The position numbers were made by a program, and so were the translations under genes. From Mobula hypostoma (taxonomy: Eukaryota), in contig NC_086097.1 of NCBI RefSeq assembly GCF_963921235.1, positions 112,346,001-112,410,000 on the forward strand: a stretch of DNA of 64,000 nt, read 5' to 3'. Shown here in pieces: positions 13,301-26,295 of the stretch (position 1 is the stretch's first letter; each line of letters begins with the position of its first letter). The notes under the pieces were generated by a model. It did no database searches. It was given only the letters and a program-made list of their open reading frames with translations, and was not told the DNA's origin.

Positions 13301-14194
13301 CCAGGTAAGGCAGTCTCAAAGGAAATTCTCTCTTCTCTAGGTTCTATCTGATCTGTTGTGTTTAATAGCATTTTTGGCTTATTTTAGATTTCCATTGTTT
13401 GCAGATTGTTTGTATTTTGCTTATACAGTACAACCTCATTAAGCAAAAACAAATTGACTATACCTGCCTGAGATTCTCTTACAGAAGGACTGCTCTATAG
13501 CTAATCATGGATTTCTGCAGCTTTCTCACAGCACAATCTATCTATGTTAAGAGTTATTGTAAATTGCCAGTATCTTATAATGCAATCCAATTCATGGATT
13601 ATGTTTTAAAAAAAGACTTGGTGATGATTTGAGGATAACAAACAAAATTTATCATTCTTTGTCTATAAAAATGGATTCACCGAAAACATTTTCTGTTTTC
13701 ACTGGGTTTCTGTTCAATGCAGAAGGAAGCAGGTCCTGCAGGCAGACCAGAACTAAGCACTTGATGACATCAGTTCTCAGACAAAGCTGACTGTCCGACA
13801 GCTCTAACAAACTGGGCTGTGATAATCCAGCTCATACTGTTATTTAATCAGACAAGGAAAATCTTGATATCTAGAAGAGACCAACCTGCCCTTGTCTCTC
13901 TCTACTCACCCACTCCGTTCTCAACCTGTTCTATTTTCAGAGTATTGCAAGCACTCAGTTTCATACATATGTGTTGATGATTGGTCCGGAATTTAGTTCA
14001 AAAGAGACAGCTGCCAATATTCATTTGTAAGATCGTTAACATTAGGTAAATCATTCAGAAATTGTTGCAACTTACACTGAGGTTTCATACTCAGTATATA
14101 TTTTCAGACATATTAAGTGGCTACAATGATAACCATTCCATAGGGCTTCAATATTTCTTAGAAGTTTGTGGAGATTCTACGGTCTTAGAAGTCT

Positions 14195-14845
14195 GCTACT
14201 TCCTTAGGAGCCTGTGGAGATTTGGCATGGCATCTAAAACTTCGACAAACTAGTATAGTTTTGTAGTGGAGAGTGTATTGACTGGCTGCATCATGGCCTG
14301 GCTTTGGAAACACCAATGCCTACAAATAGAAAATCCTACAAAAGGTAGTGGATTTGGCCTAGTACATCACAGGTAAAGCTCTCCCAAATGTTGAGCACAT
14401 CTACATGAAACGCTGTGGTAGCATCCATCATTCTGCGATCCCCGCCACCCAAAACATGCTCTCTTCTCACTGCTGCTATCAGGTAGAAGGTACAGGTTTT
14501 TCAGGACTTGAACCACCAGGTTCAACAACAGATACTACCCCTCAACCATCAGGCTCTTGAACAAAAGGGGATAATTACACTCACTTACTCATCCATTGAG
14601 ATGTTCCCACAACCTTAGAGTCACTTTAAGAACTCTTTATCTCATTATCTCATGTTCTTGTTATTTCTTGCTATTTATTTATATTTGCATTTGCACAGCT
14701 TGTTGTCTTCTGCACTCTGCTTAACTTTCATTGATTCTGTTATAGTTACTATTCTATAGATATGCCTATGGGAAAATAAATCACGGGGTTGTATATGGTG
14801 ACATATATGTATTTTGATAATAAAATTTACTTTGACCTTTGAATA
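14195..14845 (+). mobile_element. Rex/Babar LINE 3' fragment
   Basis: YFLRSLWRFGMASKT..., with a 3' UTR ending ataataaaatttactttgacctttga. Confidence 0.75.
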
Positions 14846-16197
14846 CGATACAGAGAGGGTAGCTTGTAGATCAAACCAAGGTGCTAGCAGAATCGTGAGG
14901 AGTAAAATTTGACAAGGATGGTGGTGTTATACTGCGTGTGGAACTTGATAAGCAAAGTTGTCTGCAGAGACATCATTTATTAAGAGAGGGTGCTGATTTC
15001 TGACAGATGGGAAAGCAGGTCCTAATTTTTTATTTTGCCTCAATCATTCCAGGCCGAGGGCTGATGACATTGACAATGTGCTTTAGTCTGCAGCTCTCTG
15101 CCCTTTAGCAAAGATGGTATAGGTCGGGTTCATCTTCTCCTTTTAAAGATTGACTTTATCTGTCACATCTACATCAAAACATACAGTGAAATGTGTCATT
15201 TGCAACAATGACCAACATGGTCCAAGGAGGTTCTCGGAACAGCTTGCAAGTGTCACCATGCTTCTGGCACCAGCATTGCATGCCCACAGCTCACTAACCA
15301 TAATCTGTATATCTTTGAAATGTGGGAGAAAACCAGAGTACCCAGAAGAAACCCATGCGGTTATGGGAAGAACATACAAACTCCTTACAGATTGTGGTGG
15401 GAAATGAACCCTCATCCTTGGCACTGTGCGCTAACTGCTATGATACCATGCCACCCATGAGTAAAGAGGAGAAATCAGTATGGGTTCAAGGATCACTATT
15501 CATCTTGGACTTCCTAATGGTGCAGAAGATGATCTTTGCCTTCACAACTTCATCTGACAACACAGAACTGTACCAGAGATGTTCCTTTCCTAAAGGATTA
15601 ACTGATCCGCATTAAAAAAAAATGGCTGATGCCAGACTTCTAGGAATTCTCACAATACTTTAACATCAATCAACTAAGTCTTATATCTACTGTCCACAAT
15701 AGCAGCCTAATGGTACTGTTAGGGATAAATATCCATTTTCTGTAAAAGAGACAGATGCAGCAACTTGGAATATCATCATCCTAAACATGATTCTGTGACC
15801 TGGACCTACACAACCTAATGACTGGCCCTTGGAGATCTGCATAGCAACAGGAAGGGGAGTAAAATGTGATCTACTGACCTATTGTGAAATGTTTCTGCTT
15901 AATTCCCACAGAATCTAGCAGATAATAGATAAGGAAGAACTGGTTTTACATCTCACACATCCAGTTCTATTCATAACTATAACTAATTTGATCGGGTCTC
16001 TTCTAAGCTAGTATATCCAAATCTGCACAATTATTTCAATAAGTGTAACTACTAGTGATGAACTATTTTCATAGTTTCCCTTCAATATATACTTGCGTAA
16101 CAATCAAAAGCAATAGAGCAAAGTTCCAAAATGAGCAATTTACATGAGATTGAGTGCAAGATGTTTTTGCATGGAAGTGAAAGAGGTAGGTACAGTT

Positions 16198-16210
16198 GTT
16201 GCTAGGCAAC
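16198..16210. promoter_or_regulatory. RFX X-box motif GTTGCTAGGCAAC
   Basis: Matches the RFX consensus and sits within the near-palindrome ttgttgctaggcaacaa in unique intronic sequence. Confidence 0.45.
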
Positions 16211-19200
16211 AAGCATTTCCTCAATTTTCATTGACTTACATTTCACAATATGTTTTTCAACCTTATTGGATGTGAGAGATATTGTAATAAGAGAAGCTTT
16301 GGGATTGGCTGCTATTTTTTCACAGAAATATTGAAGCTACAGTTTCAGGCATCCATTCTCCTGATCCATTATCAGATTTGTTATATGCAATGAAAAATGG
16401 ATAATATCCCTTTTCTCGAAAAAAATAAAATCAAGTCAGTAATAAATTAACATAAATATTCAAAACTATGGCAATTACAACATCTATACAATAACACTAC
16501 ATATTTACAGTTGCTAGAAAAACAGTGCTAACTCTACTTAAAATTGTTTTGGATAGGTATTTTATTGCACAAGGCTTTTATAATAATTTTATTTGAAAAG
16601 TGACAACTTTTCACTTCTATAAATGTATAACTCAATAACAAATTGTGATGTAGCATTGTATGTGTATGACATTCTTATGCATGGAAGCAAATGGCACACA
16701 TCAGTGATATCAGTTGTTAGCTGAAAATATCATGTGGGCTCAAATGCAGAAGGAGACTTTGCCAATATGGAGAGCCTTCACCAAAGACCTGGTTTTGTTT
16801 AAGATAAATAGGCTATCATCTCTGGCTTATTTCTTTGTCCTAGAAATCTCTAGTAGACAAATATCTGGAATTATTTCCAATATTTCTAATAATTTCGATG
16901 GTGCAGCAGACAATTACATGGGGTAGCTATAATTCCTTGGGGCACGAGATGTCGTCAGGGACCACTCCACCTGTTATATGGAAGTAAACCTATTTCAACT
17001 GGTCCCATCAATTTAAGCACTGGTTAGACCATAAAACATGAAGACATTGGAGCAGAATTAGGCTATTTGGCCCATTGAGTCTACTTTATTTTTCCACTCA
17101 ACCCATTCTCCTACTTTCTTCCCATACATAACCTTTGACACCCTTACAAACCAAGAACCTATCAACTTCTGTTTTAAATATACCCAGCAACTTGGCCTCC
17201 ACATCTGCCTGTGGCAATGAATTCCAGATTCACTAGCCTCTGGCTAAAGAAATTCCTTCTCATCTTTCTTCTAAAGTGCCGTCCTTCTATTCTGATGTTA
17301 TGCCCTCTGGTCCTAGAATGTCCCACTATTGGAAACATCCTCTCCACATTCATGAAGAGATCCTACTTTAACAAAAGATAGCATTCTGAAGTGACTTTCA
17401 TAAAGCATTATTTCCACACAATTTATGCTTTGACTGTCATGTGCTCCCTCCTGGCCAGCTGAAAACTGCCATTAACCCTTCTTGTGTTTAAAATGCAAAA
17501 GAAGTTATGAGCTCTCAACTCAAGATTAATTGAACAAGTTCACATCACCTTCTGATCAAGATTTTCAAGACAAATATCTGACATCTGAAATCAATTCTTT
17601 CCTCACTAAACATGATTTATTTATTTAGAGATACAGTGAAGAACAGGCTCTTCCGGACCCAGAATTCGCATTGCTCATCAACTCATCTATTCAACCCTAG
17701 TCTAATCACAGGACAATTTACAACCATCAATTAACCAACTATCCAGTACTTCTTTGTACTGTGCGAGGAAACTGAAGTACCCGGAGGAAACCCACACACT
17801 CATGGAAAGGACATACAATCTCCTCACAAAAGACACCAGAATTGAGCTTCGAACTCCGCCCCCCCAAACTAGTAACCGCTATACTACTGTGACACCCCGC
17901 ATAATATTAAATTGGGAAAGTTACAACACAGTGCTGGAATAACTGTTCATCAGATAGACTGATGACCCATTACCCAAGGCCCAAGGTCACTGGTCCAGAA
18001 TTATCTCAGCAGTTCCCATGACCATTAACCATGTACTAATTCTTAATTACATTGCTGCAGCAAAGTTAACGTGCTTTGCTCGGGGTATTAATAAAATAAT
18101 TATCAGCGCTATCATTTCTTGCTGTTAATTACCATCAAAGTGCCCACCTTACCATTTCTATTGCTCTGACCTGCATGTACCATGTACATTTGAGATTTCC
18201 CAAAATTCTGATGTCAGTCATACATATTAGCTACATCAACATCCCTTCACCGAATCTTCTTTTTCACAATGCAATCTCTCTCAAAGTGTTTGTTTAATAT
18301 TTCTTCTAGCTTTTATTATTTGTTATTCAGTTCTGGGTGTTGCATCTGTTGTTCATTCCCAATTCCCTATAAAGATACTGGTGGGCATTCTCCTTGGACT
18401 GCAGGAGTTCAAAGTACATTTATTATCGAAGTATTATCATGTACTATCACATTGTACAACTTTGAAGTTCATCTTGTAACTGTCTGTTAGGAGATGAATC
18501 TCAAGGTTGTATAATGTACTTGAATGATAAATGCATTTTGCATTTTGAACTCCTGTAGCTCAGAGGAGGAACTGCTTTTCCCAGTGGGTGGTGAATCTAT
18601 GGAATTCTCTGCCCAATGAAGCTGTGGAGGCTAGCTCAGTAAATATACTTAAGACAAGGTCGGATAGGTTTTTGGACAGTAGGGGAATTAAGAGTTATGA
18701 TGAAAAGGCAGGTAGGTGGAGATGAGTCCATGGCTAGATCAGCCATGATATTATTGAATGGTGGAACAGGCTCTACAGGCCAGATAGCCTACTCCTGTTC
18801 CTATTTCTTATGTTCTTATGTAGTGCTTATGATGTCTGTTCCCACACTGATATTAGGAAGGAAAGTACAGAACTATAAACCAGAGGCAATGAAATAATGG
18901 CAGTATATCTAAGTCAAGATGATACACAACTAAAATGGAGATCTGGAATTAGTAATGTTCTTACAACATTGTTCTTCTTGGAAGTAGATTTCACATCGCA
19001 GTGAAGTTCTGTCAGAATGAACGTGATCAACTGTAATGCACCCTGGATCTAATATATGTTGCAATTGCTGTTTATCACAATGCAATATGTAAACATTGAA
19101 TCTAGGAACAAGTTTACTGATCAAATGAACTGCCCTAGCCTGAATAGTGTTCAGCTACTTGAGTGTTGTTGTGGATATTGCTAACTAAGCAAGTGGTAAG

Positions 19201-19334
19201 TATTCCAGCACATTCTTGCTTTAAGAATATAAGTAGTGGAACAGATTTCTAGAATCAGGAGAGGACCATAAGAAGGTTGGAAATAAATAGGGTTACTCTT
19301 GTGTTCCTTTACTGCAGTAGTTCCATATTTTTCA

Positions 19335-20975
19335 TAGAAACATAGAAATCTACAGCACATTACAGGCCCTTCGGCCCACAATATTGTGCCAACCATGTAA
19401 CCTACTCTAGAAACAGCCTAGAATTTCCTTACCACATAGCCCTCTATTTGTCTAAGCTCTGTGTACCTAAGAGTCTCTTAAAAGACCCTACTGTATCCGC
19501 CTCTACCACCTTCACTGGCAGTGCATTCCATGCACGCGCTACTTTCTGTGTGAAAATCACTACCTCTGAAATCCCCCTTGTACCTACTTCCAAGCATCTT
19601 AAAACTATGCCCCCTCATGTTATCCATTTCAGCCCTGGGAAAAAGCGTCTAGCTATCCACACGACCAATGCCTCTCATCATCTCATACATCTCTATCAGG
19701 TCTCCTCCCATCCTCCGTCGCCTCAAGGAGAAAAAGCCAAGTTCACTCAACCTATTCTCATAAGGCATGCTCTCCAACCCAGGCAACATCCTTGTAAATC
19801 TCCTCTGCTCTGTCTCGATAGTATCCACATGTTTCCTGCAATGAGGTGACCAGAACTGAATACATTACTGCAAGTGGGGTCTTATATAGCTGTAACGTTA
19901 CTTCACGGCTCTTGAACTCAATTCTATGGTTGATGAAGGCCAACGCATCATACGCCTTCTTAACAACACTATCAACCTACATAGCAGCTTTGAGTGTCCT
20001 ATGGACATGGCCTCCAAGATCTCGCTGATCCTCCATACTGCCAAGATTCTTACCATTTATATTCTATCTTCAAATTTGACCTACTGAAATAAACCACTTC
20101 ACACTTATCTGGTTTGAACTCCATCCGCCACTCTCAGCTCAGTTCCTGCATTCTATCGATGTCACCCGGAAACCTATGACAACCCTTCAGACTATCCACA
20201 ACACCCCCAACTTTTGTGTAATCAGCAAACTTACTAACCCATCCTTCTATTTCCTCATCCAGGTCATTTATAAAAATCACAAAGAGGAGGGTCCCGCGGA
20301 ACACTACTGATCACCGTCCTCCATGCAGAATACAAACCATCTACAACCACACTTTGCCTTCTGTGGTCAAGCCAATGCTGGATCCACAAAGCAAGGTCTT
20401 GCATACATTCTGAATGAGCCTTGCATGGGGAACCTTATCAAATGCCTTACTGAAATCCATATACACTACATCCACTGCTCTACCTTCATCAATGTGTTTT
20501 TTTACATCCTCAAAGAATTCAATCAGGCTCATAAGGCATGACCTGCCCCTGACAAAGCCATGCTGACTATCCCTAATCAGATTATGTCTCTCCAAATGCT
20601 CATAAATCCTGCCTCTCAGGATCTTCTCCAACAACTTGCCCACCACTGAAGTAAGAGTCACTGATCTGTAATTTCCAGGGTTATCTCTATTCCCTTTCTT
20701 GAACAAGGGAACAACATTTGCAACCTTCCAACCCTCTGGTACTTCTCCTGTCCCTATTGATGATGCAAAGATTATTGCCAGAGGCTCAGCAATCTCCACT
20801 TTCACTTCCCATCATTGCTTGGGGTATATCTCATCCAGTCCCGGCAGCTTATTGAACTTAATACCTTTCAAAAGCTCTAGCACATCCTCTTTCTTAATAT
20901 CTATATACTCAAGCATTTTGGTCCACTGTAACTCATCCCCACAATTGCCAAAGTCCCTTTCACTGGTGAATACCC
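19335..20975 (-). mobile_element. CR1 (HER1-like) LINE, 5'-truncated
   Basis: WKVANVVPLFKKG..PGNYR..SQHGF..VYMDFSKAFDKVPH, with a catagaaa 3' tail. Confidence 0.92.
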
Positions 20976-23464
20976 TGAATACCCTAAATTTTCATTCTCT
21001 AAATACCTAAAAACCTATTGATTACTGCTTTGAATCTTTCATCATGGGGTACCTGATATCAATCCTGCTTTTTTCAGTAATGATGGATAAGCTATTGATG
21101 GTTGAGCTTCTGGTCAATGTCACAACTAACATGGGGGTTTGGTTGAAAGTCTTTGTGAAAGAGGAGATCAGGAAAGAGGCCCTGCATGGTCATGGGCCTA
21201 CAAAGAGCTTGAGAGGCAAAATGAAACAGTACTGAGAGGAAGATGCCAGAAACCACATAATCTCAGAAAAGTTATGGAAGAGAGAAAGAAAGAAAGTTTA
21301 GCTTTATTTATCACATGTACGTTGAAAGATTGAAGCATGAAGTGAAATGCATGACTTGGGTCAAATCAAATCAGCGAGGATTGTGCTAGAGGCAGCCCAG
21401 AAGTGTCGCCATGCTTCAGGTGCCAACATAACGCACCCACTACTTACTGACTCTAACCCCAACCGTGCAGCTTTGTAATGTGGGAGGAAACCCACATGAT
21501 CAAGGGGAGAATGGACAAACTCCTTACGAACAGCAGCGGAAATCGAACCCCAATCAGTAACTGTTGGTGTTGTAGAGCAACTGTGGTAACCACTACGCTT
21601 TGGCGCCACCCACATGTAGAAGAATGTCATTTTGACCTGTTGACGCCAGGCTGGCGGGAATCAATAGCCCTGCAGATTACAGTTCAACTAAATTATTTAC
21701 ATATAACGAGGGTTTCTGCCTCTATCACCTTTCCAGCAAATAAGTTCCAGACCCCAAGCAAACCTCTGGGCAAAAATGCTTTTTCTTCATCTTCTCCCTA
21801 ATTCCCCACCAATTAACTTAAACTTATGCTCCCTGTTTTTGACCCATTTTTAAAGGAAATACAGCAAGTACCACCTGCTTATTCTCTCTAGGCTCCTCAT
21901 AATTTGACTCACTTTAGCCTCTTTTTTTCCAAACAATCCTACCTTAACTAATCTTTCCTCATCATCGCATTTATCCAGTCAATAGAGCAACCTTTTTAAA
22001 TATCCCTTTGCAGTCTCTCCAATACAATCACATATTTAAAGAGGCAAATTAACAAAACGACCTGCAAGTTTTGGGATGTGGGAGGAGATTGGAACTCAAC
22101 CTAGGAAACACATGTAGTTACTGTACAAAAAGAGTGTATGTCCTCACAGAGAGAACCCAAGGTCAGATTTGAACCTGGTTCACTGGGATCTTGAGGCAGC
22201 AGTTACCACTGTGCCATCCTGATTTCTCAGTTCATTCTGAGTGAACACAGGTGATTTCCTGTACAGTATTTCTGGATTTATTCTCCCTGGCTTGATAGTA
22301 ATGATACAGTGAGATGTACTAGGCCAAGTTTACATATTGTGGTGGAATACAATAGTACTGCTGATGGTCCACAGAGTCACAGGGATGTCCAGCTTTGAGC
22401 TGGCTGGTCTATTCCATTATATATGTATATGACATCCTTGGTGTAAGAGTGGAATTTGTCTACACAAGTGTTGTGCTGCCATTACTCCAATTAATGTTGT
22501 ACTTAAATCCTTCTATAGCACTGTTTCCACTGCTGGGTTATACCTCACAAGATCCTGGTCACTGTGTTAGAAGCTGCTTACACTTGGTCAAAATCTTTAA
22601 CTATTTTAAGAAGTCCAACCAACCAACAAGTGCACCACTGCAGGATATAGCAAGTGAAGTTGGAGCAGGATACCATCTCCGTAGCATTTATCAAAATACT
22701 TCCTGACAGCTCCAAGTATCAAAGTTTTGGATGTCCAACATCTGCAGAATTCCGTGTGTTTTATGATCAGGGTTTTGGTTTAAGGATTTTGATGGTTTCC
22801 ATCATTGGCATCTTTGAGTCACTCAGTATTGACTGTCATTGTGTCCTCCAGCTACTGCAGCAGACCAGATATAGCCTTGTTCTCCTGCAGCCATCTTGTA
22901 CCTGACAAACGGGTGGCACATAACTCCAGACTGGAGCAGTAGAGTTTCTGCTGCATCTGTATGTCAACATTTTAACATAACCCAAAATTTCGGCCCAATG
23001 CACCAAAAATTATTTGTAAGTTACAAAAAAATTGTAGGTACTACAAACCTGAAATAAATATAAAAATTTTGAAAATGCTCAACAAATCAGGTGCATCGGT
23101 GGATAGAGAAACAGAGGTAATGTGTCTTTCACAGAGGAGCGTAAACATCCAATTTGGATCCAATGATATACAAGCAGACTCAATGGTCAAATGGCCTAAT
23201 TCTGCTCCTGTATCTTATAAGTCAGGTTGCCAAATAATTGATCTTCATTCTGGCATGTGTGGCCTACACCTGCTCTGGGTTACACAGCAGTGACAGTGTG
23301 GCATAAAGTATAACATTAAAGCAATGAATAGCCATTCAGCCACAATGTTATGCCAGTTTTGATTCCACTTTATACCAAATATCCTCCTCACGTATATCTT
23401 CCATAACCCACCATTCCCTTCATATTCATGTTTGTATTTAAAAGCATTTTAAACACCAAACTGC

Positions 23465-23857
23465 AAACATGAGGAAATCTGCAGATGCTGGAATTTCAAG
23501 CAACACACATAAAAGTTGCTGGTGAACGCAGCAGGCCAGGCAGCATCTCTAGGAAGAGGTACAGTCGACGTTTTGGGCCGAGACCCTTTGTCGGGACTAA
23601 CTGAAAGAAGAGATAGTAAGAGATTTGAAAGTGGGAGGGGGAAGGAGAGATCCGAAATGATAGGAGAAGACAGGAGGGGGAGGGATGGAGCTAAGGGCTG
23701 GAAAGTTGATTGGCAAAAGGCATATGAGAGGATAACGGGACTGGAGGCCTTTAAGTTAGTCCTGACGAAGGGTCTCGGCCCGAAACGTCGACTGTACCTC
23801 TTCCTATAGGTGCTGCCTGGCCTGCTGCGTTCACCAACAATTTTTATGTGTGTTGCC
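23465..23857. mobile_element. Non-coding Penelope-derived inverted pLTR insertion
   Basis: Inverted ~103-bp arms at 23500-23602 and 23754-23856, and a perfect 15-bp TSD taaacaccaaactgc (23450-23464, 23858-23872). The sequence is shared with 8856-9100. It is inserted in a CR1 3' end. Confidence 0.9.
23757..23794 (+). ncRNA. Minimal type-I hammerhead ribozyme, intact core
   Basis: TAGTC-CTGACGA-AGGGTCTCGGCCC-GAAA-CGTC^GACTG, with predicted cleavage after C23789. Confidence 0.8.
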
Positions 23858-24799
23858 TAAACACCAAACTGCTTACTTCCAGTAATACCCCTGGATACCT
23901 ATCCCAGGCACCTACCACTCTGCATAAAACACTTGCACCTCATGACACCTTTAAACCCCACCTCCAACCTTAAAAGCTGGGTCCTCTGGGGTTTGATATT
24001 TCTACCCTGGAGAAAATATTTTGACCTTCTATGTCTCTTATAATTTTAAAACCCCCCAACAGGTCTTCTCTTAGCCTCCAGCACTCTAGGGAGAACAACA
24101 CAAGTTTCTTCATATTATTGATATATATCGATCCTTGTAGAACACCACTGGTCACTGACCTACAGCCAGGATAACAGCCTTCCACCCCTACTCTCTGCTT
24201 TCTGTGGCAGTGTCAGTTCTAAATCCAAACTTAAAATTCACCCGCAATACCATGCATCTTTACCTTCTGAATTAACTTTCCATGAGGAGGCTTACCAATT
24301 GCCTTAATAAAGTCCATGGAGATGAGCACCCACTGCCTTAACATCAGCAGGCTCCTTTATCATCTGCTTAAAACACTTGGTCAAGTTTGTCACACCTGTC
24401 CCTGCTCTGCACAAAGCCACGCTGACTGTCCCTAAGCAGGTCATGCATTCCAGACATGAATCAGTCTTATGCTTCAGTAACTTCTCCACTAGTTTCCCTA
24501 CCACTGATGTGAGGCCTCTCATGACTTGGATTACTCCTATTTCCTTTCTTGAACAAAGGCACAACACTTTTTATTCTCCAGTCCTCTGTGATTTCACTTG
24601 TCACTAGTGAGGATACAAAGATCTTTGTCAAAGCACCAATCTCTTGACGTGCTTCTTTCAATATTCTACCCTGGTGACGAATGCATCTTAATGCTTTTCA
24701 AAAGACCCAGCTCAACTTCCTGCTTAATCTCAAAATGCTCCAGCACAGTAACATGCTTCACTCGGACTTTTCTATCTCCCAAATCCTTCTCCTTGGTAA

Positions 24800-26295
24800 A
24801 CAGAAACATAGAAACATAGAAAACCTACAGCACAATACAGGCCCTATGGCCCACAAAGCTGTGCCAAACATGTCCTTATCTTAGAAATTACATAGGCTTA
24901 CCCATAGTTCTCTATTTTTCTAAGCTCCATGTACCCATCCAGGAGTCTCTTAAAAGCCCTGGCAGCCCATTCCACGCACTCACCACTCTCTGCGTAAAAA
25001 AACTTACCCCTGACATCTCCTCTGTACCTATTTCCAAGCACCTTAATACTGTGCCCTCTCGTGCCAGCCATTTCAGCCCTGCGAAAAAGTCTTTTGACTA
25101 TCCACATGATCAGTGCCTCTCATCATCTTATACACCTCTATCAGGTCACTTCTCATCCTCTGTTGCTCCAAGGAGCAAAGGCCGAGTTCACTCAACCTGT
25201 CTTCATAAGGCATGCTCCCCAATCCAGGCAACATTCTTGTAAATCTCCTCTGCAACCTTTCAATGGTTTCTTCCTGTAGTGAGGCGACCAGAACTGAGCA
25301 CAGTACTCTAAGTGGGGTCTGACTAGGGTCCTATATAGCTGTAACATTACCTCTCAGCTCCTAAAATCAATCCCACGATTGATGAAGGCCAATGCACTGT
25401 ATGCTTTCTTAACCACAGAGTCCATCTGCACAGCAGCTTTGAGTGTCCTATGGACTCGGGCCCCAGGATCTCTCTGATCCTCCACACTGCCAACGGTCTT
25501 AATATTAATGCTATATTCTGCCATCATATTTGACCTACCAAAATGAACCACATCACACTTATCTGGGTTGAACTCCATCTGCCACTTCTCAGCCTAGTTT
25601 TGCATCATATCGATATCCCATTGTAACCTCTGACAGCTCTCCACACTATCCACAACACCTTCAACCTTTGTGTCATCAGCAAATTTACTAACCCATCCCT
25701 CCACTTCCTCATCTAGGTCATTTATAAAAATACCAAAGGGTAGGGGTCCCAGAACAGATCCCTGAGGCACACCTCTGGTGACTGACCTCCATGCAGAATA
25801 TGACCTCTCCACAACCACTCTTTGCCTTCTGTGGGCAAGCCAGTTCTGGATCTACAAATCAATGGCTCCTTACTTTCTCAATAATCCTTGCATGGGATAC
25901 CGTGTCAAATGCCTTGTTGAAATCCATATACACTACATCTACTGCTCTACCTTCATTAATGTGTTTTGTCACATCTTCAAAAAATTCAATCAGGCTTGTA
26001 AGGCATGACCTGCCTTTCACAGAGCCATGCTGACTATTCTTAATCATATTATGCCTCTCAAGATCTCCATCAACTGACCAACCACTGAAGTAAGACTCAC
26101 TGGTCTATAATTTCCTGGGCTATCTCTACTTCCTTTTTAAAATAGTGGAACAGCCTCTGCAACCCTCAAATCCCCCGGAACCTCTCCCATCCCCATTGAT
26201 GATACAAAGATCATTGTCAGAGGCTCAGCAATCTCCTCCGTCGCCTCCCACAGTACATCCCATCCAGTCCCAGTGACTTATCCAACTTGATGCTT
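24800..26295 (-). mobile_element. CR1 (HER1-like) LINE, 5'-truncated
   Basis: GVPQGSVLGP..SKFADDTK and YMDFNKAFD, with a (catagaaa)n tail. Confidence 0.92.

Larger units (their letters stand above)
23335..24797 (-). mobile_element. Older CR1 LINE fragment (contains the Penelope insertion 23465-23857; probably continues at ~26300-26520)
   Basis: Decayed RT motifs (DWRIKSVVPLFKKG, SVTSGVLQGS). Confidence 0.7.
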
